Source: Micavibrio sp.
Lineage (GTDB): Bacteria; Pseudomonadota; Alphaproteobacteria; Micavibrionales; UBA2020
Length of the DNA: 64,000 nt
Assembly (NCBI GenBank): GCA_040377425.1
Contig: JBEIOU010000002.1
Coordinates: 145,355 to 209,354 of the forward strand
Direction: 5' to 3'
Shown: piece by piece, positions 37,862-45,445 of the stretch
How positions within the stretch are numbered: position 1 is the stretch's first letter
Layout: each line of letters begins with the position of its first letter
Made by a program: the position numbers and the translations under genes
Notes under the pieces: generated by a model
Seen by the model: only the letters and a program-made list of their open reading frames with translations
What the model was told of the DNA's origin: nothing
Databases searched by the model: none

Positions 37862-39514
37862 ATGTTGCTGACAGAGCAGAGTCTCATTTATCGCGGAATC
37901 CGGCCACTACAAAAGCTGGGTGACCTTGCGCGCAACAATCCGTTTTCGCCGCTGGCGGGACTGGCCATGCCGCAGCGTGTGCCGGATCATTTGCGCGTGG
38001 TGCCGCCCGACCCGTGGGCGGGTGATGCCGCACGCGGCCGCGACATGATCGCAGGCATTTTCCGTTTTGCCGGACAGACCTTTGAAAAAGAAAACGTGTC
38101 GTGGAAACCCGAAGGAGCGAAAGCCGAATGGCTGGCCGAACTGCACGGGTTTGAATGGCTACGCGATTTGCGTTCGGTCGGTGGTGACCGTGCCCGCCGG
38201 ATGGCGCGTGAAATGGTCGGCTATTGGCTGAACCATCACGACAAACCGCAATTGGGCGATGCCGCATGGCAGCCCGAAACCACAGGCGTGCGTTTGGCGG
38301 CGTGGATTTCATTCCATGATTTCTTCTGCGCCAGCGCCGATGACAATTTCCGCCATGCGTGGTTCACCAGTCTGGTGAAACAGGCGCGTTACTTGTCGAA
38401 AATTCTACCCGCGCATCTGGCGGGTATTCCGTTGATGCGCGCGCTGAAAGGTTTGGCCTATAGCGGACTTGCGCTGGACGAGGGCGAAGAGCGGCTGGAA
38501 CAAGCCTTCCGCATGATCCTCCGCGAAATCAACATGCAGATTTTACCCGATGGCGGCCACGTATCGCGCAGCCCGCAGGCAACTTTTGAATTCTTGCAAT
38601 GTCTGGTGGATTTGCGCACCGCGGTGACGGCGGCGCGTCTGGATCTGCCGTCCGAACTTCAGCATGCAATTGACAAGCTGGCGCCGGCGGTCAAATTCTT
38701 CCGCCACAGCGACGGCGCGTTCTGCCAGTTCAATGGCGGGCAGGAAGGCAACCCCAATATCTGTGATGCCACCCTGATGCATTCCGGCGCGCGCGGCAAG
38801 GCGATGAAAAGCCTGCCCCATAGCGGTTACGAGAAAATTCAGCTGGGCCGCGCGAGCGTCATCATGGATGTCGGCCTCAGCGGCATGCCCAAATATAGCG
38901 CGCGCGCGCATGCGGGCTTGCTCAGTTTCGAATATGGTTTTGGCAAAGACCGCGTGATTGTGAATTGCGGCACCACCGCCGTGGGCGGACAGTGGCGCGA
39001 TCTTTTGCGCACGACGGCGGCGCACTCCACGCTGGTGGTCGATAACCGCAATTCCTGCACGTTCGATGAAAACGGCCAGTTGACCACGCGCCCCGAAATG
39101 TCCTGCAGCCGCAGCGAAGACGAGCAAGCGGCTGAAATAGCGGCTAGCCACAGCGGGTATATGCCGCGCTATGGCCTGCTGCATCACCGCCGCCTGCGGC
39201 TGCTGGATGGCGGGGAGACCCTGTGGGGCGAAGATATTCTGGCCGGTAAAGCCGGTGCGCATTTCGCGGTACGCTTCCACCTGCACCCGTGCATTCAGGC
39301 ATCGCTTATTCAGGACGGATCCGAAGTGCTGCTGCGTGCCCGCAGCGGTATTGGCTGGCGTTTTGCGGCTGAAAATACGCAGTTGGCGATTGAAGACAGC
39401 GTCTATGCGGGCGAGGGGGAATCCCCGCGCCGCGCCCTGCAAATCGTATTGTCCGGCGTCAGCGCCGCGCCCGATATGCGCGTTGGTTGGCAGCTTCGCC
39501 GTGAAAAAATCTGA
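37862..39514 (+). CDS. heparinase II/III-like family protein
   Basis: Size and sequence (e.g. DGGHVSRSPQ..., HAGLLSFE) match the heparinase II/III-like protein commonly found after rpe in alphaproteobacteria. Confidence 0.8.
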   Translation: MLLTEQSLIYRGIRPLQKLGDLARNNPFSPLAGLAMPQRVPDHLRVVPPDPWAGDAARGRDMIAGIFRFAGQTFEKENVSWKPEGAKAEWLAELHGFEWLRDLRSVGGDRARRMAREMVGYWLNHHDKPQLGDAAWQPETTGVRLAAWISFHDFFCASADDNFRHAWFTSLVKQARYLSKILPAHLAGIPLMRALKGLAYSGLALDEGEERLEQAFRMILREINMQILPDGGHVSRSPQATFEFLQCLVDLRTAVTAARLDLPSELQHAIDKLAPAVKFFRHSDGAFCQFNGGQEGNPNICDATLMHSGARGKAMKSLPHSGYEKIQLGRASVIMDVGLSGMPKYSARAHAGLLSFEYGFGKDRVIVNCGTTAVGGQWRDLLRTTAAHSTLVVDNRNSCTFDENGQLTTRPEMSCSRSEDEQAAEIAASHSGYMPRYGLLHHRRLRLLDGGETLWGEDILAGKAGAHFAVRFHLHPCIQASLIQDGSEVLLRARSGIGWRFAAENTQLAIEDSVYAGEGESPRRALQIVLSGVSAAPDMRVGWQLRREKI

Positions 39515-39564
39515 TAAATCGCCGAATGAGTCAATTTTTTCCTTTTAAATCAGGGTTTTGTCAT

Positions 39565-39597
39565 TTAACGTGCCCTTAACGTGCAATTTGTTATAAT
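39565..39597 (+). promoter_or_regulatory. CtrA-box-like element (TTAACGTGCCCTTAAC) plus extended -10 (TGTTATAAT)
   Basis: TTAA-N7-TTAAC at 39565-39580. TGnTATAAT at 39589-39597. The -10 ends exactly 6 nt before the ATG at 39604, which is leaderless geometry. Confidence 0.45.
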
Positions 39598-39603
39598 GCG
39601 GCC

Positions 39604-40302
39604 ATGGCTATGAAGGGACTTTTACTCGATATGTTCAACCTGCGCAGCGACCGAACGGGGTTTTTCAACCCCGCGCCGGACGCGGCAAGCGTTGTCACGC
39701 CCGCCCGCGCGATGGAAATTTTCGAGGAACTGGCCGGTATGCGCAATATGGCCTATGGCTACACCGATGATGGTTGTTACGCCCGCGCGCATTTGATGTG
39801 CAAAAAAATGATCGACATGAACGTGGTGCCTGAAAAAGCATGGGCGTTCGAGACCCCTGAAAAAGAACTGACCGTAAAATTCCCGCACGGCGAGCAAGTG
39901 TGGTGGTTCCACGTCGCACCGACGCTGGGCGTTGATACGGGCACCGGCCAGCGGTACGAAAAAATGGCTTTTGATCCCTCGCTGTTTGATGGCCCCGTGC
40001 CGGTCAAAAGATGGGGCGAGGTCATGCATGCCGACCCCAAAAGTATTTTTGTGACGGCCTGCGGCAAGGCGCCGCCCCAGTATACGGGCGACTACACGCC
40101 GTTCCACCGCACCGGCTGGCGCACCGATGCGAAAGCTGAAAAGATGATGAACGACTACGTGCGCCTGCAAAACGAACAGGGCTTTATGCCCGAAGTGTTT
40201 CCAAGCCCCCTGCGTAGCCGTTTTATGACGCCGGATGTTTCGGCGAATGATGAGGCCTTTATCCGCAAGGGAGGGCCCGCATGCCCGAAACCACAGGGGT
40301 AA
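39604..40302 (+). CDS. protein-glutamine glutaminase (protein deamidase) family protein, no signal peptide
   Basis: DGCYARAHLM (Cys58), WWFHVAP (His103) and FDPSLFDGPVP (Asp124) match my recollection of the Chryseobacterium protein-glutaminase Cys-His-Asp core. Confidence 0.75.
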   Translation: MAMKGLLLDMFNLRSDRTGFFNPAPDAASVVTPARAMEIFEELAGMRNMAYGYTDDGCYARAHLMCKKMIDMNVVPEKAWAFETPEKELTVKFPHGEQVWWFHVAPTLGVDTGTGQRYEKMAFDPSLFDGPVPVKRWGEVMHADPKSIFVTACGKAPPQYTGDYTPFHRTGWRTDAKAEKMMNDYVRLQNEQGFMPEVFPSPLRSRFMTPDVSANDEAFIRKGGPACPKPQG

Positions 40303-40487
40303 TTCGCCGTATCATCGACCGCGATGGCGCATTCAAGGTATCGTTGCCCAATCATGCCGGCTACTTTCATGTGGCAGGTGGCGCGGCGTATGACGATATC
40401 GTTGCCCGATTGCGCGCGGCCGAGGCCAGCGGCGCCACGATTTCTTTTCGCTACGATGCCCGCCTGAATATCACGGAAATGCTGTAA
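40281..40487 (+). CDS. hypothetical small protein (68 aa) overlapping the deamidase gene
   Basis: Strong SD AAGGGAGGG 5 nt before the ATG. 22-nt overlap with the upstream stop. Codon usage looks coding. Confidence 0.6.
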   Translation: MPETTGVIRRIIDRDGAFKVSLPNHAGYFHVAGGAAYDDIVARLRAAEASGATISFRYDARLNITEML

Positions 40488-40492
40488 CACAC

Positions 40493-41062
40493 ATGACGGA
40501 TACCACCGCAAACACGGCGCAAATTACCGCCGAACTGTCGCGATTATTTGAAACGCATGCGCACGTGGCGGCGGCGGATGCGCTTGCCGATGCACCGTTT
40601 CTGCATCGCTTGCTGGCGGGTGCGAAGAATATTTCGAACGTGCGCAACAGCTTTCGCGGGCTGTGGCGCCTGCACCGTTTTATGGATGCCGCACAAATAC
40701 ATTTTGGTGTTTGTTTTGCGCTGGAAGACAACGAAAAAGACTGGACGCTGCAAAATTTTGCCGCCCATATCGTACAGAAAAAATCCAACCGCGCGGCGCA
40801 AAAAACGCTGGCGGCGAAGCGTGTCAAACGCGCAAAGCAGTATATGCTGGACGGCATGGTGAAATCGTTTTTATTTTTGTCGTTGCCGCTGGGTATTTTC
40901 GCTGTTTATGCGTTTGACAGCATGGCGGCACGGGTGGCGGCGCTGGGTGTTGCTGCAATACCATCGCTGCTTGTGCTATGGTTTTGCATCAAAGAATGGA
41001 TTTTTTACCGGCAGCTGTCGGCAAAGATTGATACGGCAGAGGACATGAAAAATGACGGATAA
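40493..41062 (+). CDS. hypothetical membrane protein (189 aa, soluble N-domain plus two C-terminal TM helices)
   Basis: Starts 5 nt after the previous stop. TM segments SFLFLSLPLGIFAVYAF and ALGVAAIPSLLVLWFCI. Overlaps rlmE by 11 nt. Confidence 0.65.
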   Translation: MTDTTANTAQITAELSRLFETHAHVAAADALADAPFLHRLLAGAKNISNVRNSFRGLWRLHRFMDAAQIHFGVCFALEDNEKDWTLQNFAAHIVQKKSNRAAQKTLAAKRVKRAKQYMLDGMVKSFLFLSLPLGIFAVYAFDSMAARVAALGVAAIPSLLVLWFCIKEWIFYRQLSAKIDTAEDMKNDG

Positions 41063-41786
41063 AAAACCGGCAGGCAGGTCAGGCGGCGCAGGCGGATCGG
41101 GTGCGGGCGGCAAGGGCGGCCCGCGCGGCCTTCAGAAAAAAGTGCGCGTTAAAACCCGCGATAAACGCACCATATCGTCGGCGCGCTGGCTGGAACGTCA
41201 ATTGAACGACCCGTATGTTGCGGCGGCAAAAGTCGACGGCTATCACAGCCGCGCGGCATATAAACTGCTGCAAATGCAGGAAGACCTGGATATTTTCAAA
41301 CCCGGCATGCGCGTCATCGATCTGGGCGCCGCGCCCGGCGGCTGGACGCAGGTAGTTTGCGATATCGTGAAGCCCGGCCAGAACGGGGGCAAGGTCGTGG
41401 CGATTGACTACCTTGAAATGAAACCCGTCGCCGAAGCCGAATTTTTCCAGATGGACTTCACCGACGACGAAGCGCCCGGGGTGCTGAAAAAAGCCATCGG
41501 CGGCAAGGCGCATGTGGTCATGAGTGATATGGCACCGCCGACGATTGGTCATAAACAAACCGACCACCTGCGCATCATGGCGCTGGCCGAGATGGGGTAT
41601 GAATTCGCGCTGGAAGTTTTGCTGCCCGGCGGCACCTATCTGGCCAAGGTTTTCCAAGGCGGGGCGGAGCGGGATTTACTTAACCAGATGAAAAAGGACT
41701 TCACCAAGGTCAAACACATCAAACCACCGGCCAGCCGCAAGGATTCGGCGGAAATGTATGTTGTCGCTTTGGGCTTCCGCGGATAA
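41052..41786 (+). CDS. rlmE: 23S rRNA (uridine2552-2'-O)-methyltransferase RlmE/FtsJ
   Basis: SSARWLERQLNDPYV, DLGAAPGGW and MSDMAP motifs. Confidence 0.92.
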   Translation: MTDKKPAGRSGGAGGSGAGGKGGPRGLQKKVRVKTRDKRTISSARWLERQLNDPYVAAAKVDGYHSRAAYKLLQMQEDLDIFKPGMRVIDLGAAPGGWTQVVCDIVKPGQNGGKVVAIDYLEMKPVAEAEFFQMDFTDDEAPGVLKKAIGGKAHVVMSDMAPPTIGHKQTDHLRIMALAEMGYEFALEVLLPGGTYLAKVFQGGAERDLLNQMKKDFTKVKHIKPPASRKDSAEMYVVALGFRG

Positions 41787-41842
41787 AATGACGCCTTGGG
41801 CGTCTTTAATAATATGGCGTTTTTACAGGGGTAGTCATAAAG

Positions 41843-43225
41843 ATGAAACGTAATTCAGTGATCCGCGAAGGTCTTGGTTTTGACGATGTTTTGCTCGTGC
41901 CGGGTGAAACCAGCGTGAAGCCGCAAGACATTCTTACGCGCACGCGCCTGACGCGCGAAATCGAACTGTCCATTCCGATCGTGGGCGCGGGGCTGGATTA
42001 CGTGACCGAAAGCAAGATGGCGATCGCGCTGGCGCAGCTGGGCGGTATCGGTGTGATCCACGATAACATGCCGCTCGGTAAACAGGTCGAAGAAGTCCGC
42101 CGCGTGAAACGCGCCGAGGGCAACATTGTCACCAACCCCATTACCGTATCGCCGGATTCCAGCGTGGCCGAGGCGCTTGATCTGATGACCACCTACCGCA
42201 TTTCCGGTTTGCCGGTGATCGAACAGCCATCACAAAAAGTGATTGGCATCATCACCAACCGTGACCTGCGTTTTTTTGAAGATTACGCCAAACCCGTGAG
42301 TGAGCTGATGACGCGCAGTGTCATCACCGTACCGCAGGGCATCCAGCACGACGAAGCAAAACGTCTGATGCAGCAGCACCGCATTGAAAAACTGGTGATT
42401 GTGGACGACCAGGGCCGCTGCGCCGGAATGGTGACCGTGAAGGACATTGAGAAACTGTCCAGCTTCCCCCACGCGGCGCGTGATATTCATGGCCGTCTGC
42501 GTGTGGGCGCGGCGGTCAGCCTTGGCAAAGATGCCGTTGACCGCGCAAACGCCATGGCCGATGCAGGCCTGGATGTTGTCTTTATTGACGTTGCGCACGG
42601 TCACAGCCGCGATGCCGTGGGCACGGTCAGCATGATCCGCCAGCAGCGCAGCAGCAATGTGCAGATTGTGGCAGGTAATGTGGCCACGCCCGATGCGGCG
42701 CGCAGCCTGATTGATGCGGGTGCGGATGCGATCAAAGTCGGTATCGGTCCCACCTGTGGTTCTGCCACGCGTGCGCAGGCCGGTGTGGGCATGCCGCAGT
42801 TGACGGCGGTGCTGGAAGTTGTTGAACATTGTGAATTGCAAAACGTGCCCGTGATGGTGGATGGCGGTATTTTGTCGCCTGCGCATCTGGCAAAAGCGAT
42901 TGCTGCGGGCGCGGAAACCGCGATGATTGGCGACCTGTTTGCCGGCACTGACGAAGCCCCCGGCGTTGTGATGTATCAAGACGCGCATGCGTACAAAGTT
43001 GTGAACCCCGCCGCCAAGGCGCAGCATCGCCCGACGACGACGTCGCTGGTGCATGACCCGTTCCGCCTCGACGAAGACGGCGTGGATACGTCCGTGCCGT
43101 ACCGCGGTGCGGTCGGACATGTGGTGACGCAGCTGGTGGACGGTCTCAAAATTGCCATGGCCTATACGGGCAGCCGCGATATCAAGGCATTGCGCGAAGA
43201 AGCCGAGCTGATTAAAACGAAATAA
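41843..43225 (+). CDS. guaB: IMP dehydrogenase homolog with CBS pair but divergent catalytic loop and C-terminus
   Basis: N-terminal FDDVLLVPG, CBS pair, HGHS, IVAGNVAT. The catalytic loop reads GIGPTCGSATR instead of GIGPGSICTTR. The flap and the C-terminal ESHVHD region are absent. Confidence 0.75.
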   Translation: MKRNSVIREGLGFDDVLLVPGETSVKPQDILTRTRLTREIELSIPIVGAGLDYVTESKMAIALAQLGGIGVIHDNMPLGKQVEEVRRVKRAEGNIVTNPITVSPDSSVAEALDLMTTYRISGLPVIEQPSQKVIGIITNRDLRFFEDYAKPVSELMTRSVITVPQGIQHDEAKRLMQQHRIEKLVIVDDQGRCAGMVTVKDIEKLSSFPHAARDIHGRLRVGAAVSLGKDAVDRANAMADAGLDVVFIDVAHGHSRDAVGTVSMIRQQRSSNVQIVAGNVATPDAARSLIDAGADAIKVGIGPTCGSATRAQAGVGMPQLTAVLEVVEHCELQNVPVMVDGGILSPAHLAKAIAAGAETAMIGDLFAGTDEAPGVVMYQDAHAYKVVNPAAKAQHRPTTTSLVHDPFRLDEDGVDTSVPYRGAVGHVVTQLVDGLKIAMAYTGSRDIKALREEAELIKTK

Positions 43226-43254
43226 ACTTCATAAGAATAAGGAATACACATACG

Positions 43255-44553
43255 ATGACTCCGGCCGCACGCATACAGGCGGTGATCGAGCTTTTGGGGG
43301 AGGTCATCGAGACCCCCCGTCCTGCCGACTCCCTGGCCAGCCTTTACTTCCGCGCACGCCGTTTTATCGGCTCCAAAGACCGCGCGGCAATCAACCTGCG
43401 TTTTTTCCGTGCGATGCGCGAATATATCCGCCTGTCATGGTGGGTAGAAAAAAGCGGCATGCCGGTGACAGCGCGTAACCTGATTATTGCCGAGCTGATT
43501 TTTGACCGCGAACACACGGCCGAAAGCCTGCCCATGATGTTTTCCGGCGAACGCTTTGCGCCGGATGAATTGACCGAAGAAGAATACGACTTCGCCCAAT
43601 CGCTGGAAGGCAAAAGCCTGGACGATGCGGAAATGCCGCTGCGCGAACGCTGCGAATGCCCCGAATGGGCCTACGAGCCGCTGCAGCGCGCGCTGGGTGA
43701 CCGCTTCGAGGTGGAATTGAAAGCGATGCTGAGCGCGGCTCCGCTGGATTTGCGCGTCAATACCATCAAGGCTAACCGCGATGATATCCTCAAGCGCTTG
43801 CGCGACGAAGGATATGATGCGCATGCGGGCAAAATCTCGCCGCTTAGCATTCGCGTGTTTGGCCGTCCGCAATTGTCGCAGCATGATCTGTATAAAAACG
43901 GATTTTTTGAAATTCAGGACGAAGGCTCGCAAATGGTTGCGCTGGTCGCGGCCGCGCAGCCGGGTGAGCAGGTGGCCGATTTCTGCGCGGGCGCGGGCGG
44001 TAAAACGCTGGCACTGGGCGCGTGCATGGATAACAAAGGTCGTATCGTTGCGATGGACGTGCTGGGCGGCAGGCTGGAGCGTGCCAAAGAACGCTTCCGC
44101 CGCGCAGGCCTGCACAATATCGAAACACGTTCATTGACCAGCGAGCGTGACAAGTATGTAAAGCGGGCAGCGGGTAAATTCGACCTCGTCCTCGTCGATG
44201 CGCCGTGCAGCGGCGTGGGTACGTGGCGCCGCGACCCCGACAAACGCTGGCGTCAGCTGGGCCCCGGTTTGCCGGCTCTGGTCCCGCTGCAAAAAAGCAT
44301 TTTGGACAGTGCGCATCGTCTGGTGCGTCCGGGCGGGCGATTGGTTTATGCAACGTGCTCGCTGCTGCCCGAAGAAAACGAATTGCAAGTGGCCGAGTTT
44401 TTGGCAGAGCATCCGGATTTCAGTGTTGTGCCGGTTTCCAGCTACCTGGACATCCCGGGTGTTGGCGATTATTTGCAAATGACGCCGGAGCGTCACGACA
44501 CCGACGGCTTTTTTGCAGCCGTCCTCCGCCGCAAGGAGCAAGCGGCGGCATGA
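43255..44553 (+). CDS. RsmB/NOP family class I SAM-dependent RNA methyltransferase
   Basis: DFCAGAGGKT and DAPCSGVGTWRR motifs. Confidence 0.85.
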   Translation: MTPAARIQAVIELLGEVIETPRPADSLASLYFRARRFIGSKDRAAINLRFFRAMREYIRLSWWVEKSGMPVTARNLIIAELIFDREHTAESLPMMFSGERFAPDELTEEEYDFAQSLEGKSLDDAEMPLRERCECPEWAYEPLQRALGDRFEVELKAMLSAAPLDLRVNTIKANRDDILKRLRDEGYDAHAGKISPLSIRVFGRPQLSQHDLYKNGFFEIQDEGSQMVALVAAAQPGEQVADFCAGAGGKTLALGACMDNKGRIVAMDVLGGRLERAKERFRRAGLHNIETRSLTSERDKYVKRAAGKFDLVLVDAPCSGVGTWRRDPDKRWRQLGPGLPALVPLQKSILDSAHRLVRPGGRLVYATCSLLPEENELQVAEFLAEHPDFSVVPVSSYLDIPGVGDYLQMTPERHDTDGFFAAVLRRKEQAAA

Positions 44554-45440
44554 GCAAGAAGCAAGGCAACGACGGGCATATTCACGACAATATGACGCAG
44601 GCCGCGCATCTGGCCGGTAATGTGCCCGGGTTGCTGCTTCAGGCTGAAAAAATTGCGCATACCGTTATGCGCGGCGTGCATGGCCGCCGCCGCGTGGGGC
44701 AGGGCGAAACCTTCTGGCAGTTCCGCGAATATCAACCGGGCGATTCAACGCGCGACATCGACTGGCGCCAGACCGGCAAACGCGATGACGTATTCGTGCG
44801 GCAGCTGGAATGGGAAGCATCGCAGACCGTGTGGCTGTACCGCGACGCGTCTGAATCCATGATGTACCAATCATCGCCCAAATTGCCGACCAAAAAAGAT
44901 TACGCCGAAGTTTTGATGCTTGCCCTGTCCATGATTATTCTGGACGGGGGGGAGCAGGTTAGTTTGCTGGGCACCTCCCTCGCGCCGCAGGCGCATGCGG
45001 GTGCGGCGCAGCGCTTGTACGATTACCTGCCGACGCAAAAAGAATTCGATACGCCGGGCCGCCCGATTGCGTCGCGCTCCAACATGATCCTGCTCAGTGA
45101 TTTTTATTTTACGCCGGACCGCGTGCGCAATTTCTGCGCGTCGCTGGCGGAAAAAGAAGTGCGTGGTCTGCTGGTACAAATCACCGACCCCGCCGAAGAA
45201 ACATTACCCTTCAGCGGCCGCGTGAAATTTCATGACATCGAAAACATGTCGGGTGCGCCGGTCACGGTCGAACAGGTGGACGCTGTGCGTGATGAATACC
45301 TGCAGAAGTTTAACGCGCACCGTGCGGCGCTGGATGGGCTGGCAAAAAATCTGGGCTGGCGTTTTATAAACGCCTCCACAGCGGATAAACCCGAGGTGGT
45401 GCTGGCGCGTATTTACGATCTTTTGGCGGCGAAAGGGTAG
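44550..45440 (+). CDS. DUF58 domain protein
   Basis: GETFWQFREYQPGDSTRDIDWRQT is the DUF58 signature. ATGA overlap with the upstream methyltransferase; the track ORF 44205.. is over-extended. Confidence 0.85.
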   Translation: MSKKQGNDGHIHDNMTQAAHLAGNVPGLLLQAEKIAHTVMRGVHGRRRVGQGETFWQFREYQPGDSTRDIDWRQTGKRDDVFVRQLEWEASQTVWLYRDASESMMYQSSPKLPTKKDYAEVLMLALSMIILDGGEQVSLLGTSLAPQAHAGAAQRLYDYLPTQKEFDTPGRPIASRSNMILLSDFYFTPDRVRNFCASLAEKEVRGLLVQITDPAEETLPFSGRVKFHDIENMSGAPVTVEQVDAVRDEYLQKFNAHRAALDGLAKNLGWRFINASTADKPEVVLARIYDLLAAKG

Positions 45441-45445
45441 GGCGC

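Noticed and set aside
44205-44549. 5' extension of the DUF58 ORF.
   Set aside because: It lies out of frame inside the RsmB/NOP methyltransferase gene. DUF58 homology starts at the ATG at 44550 (ATGA coupling).
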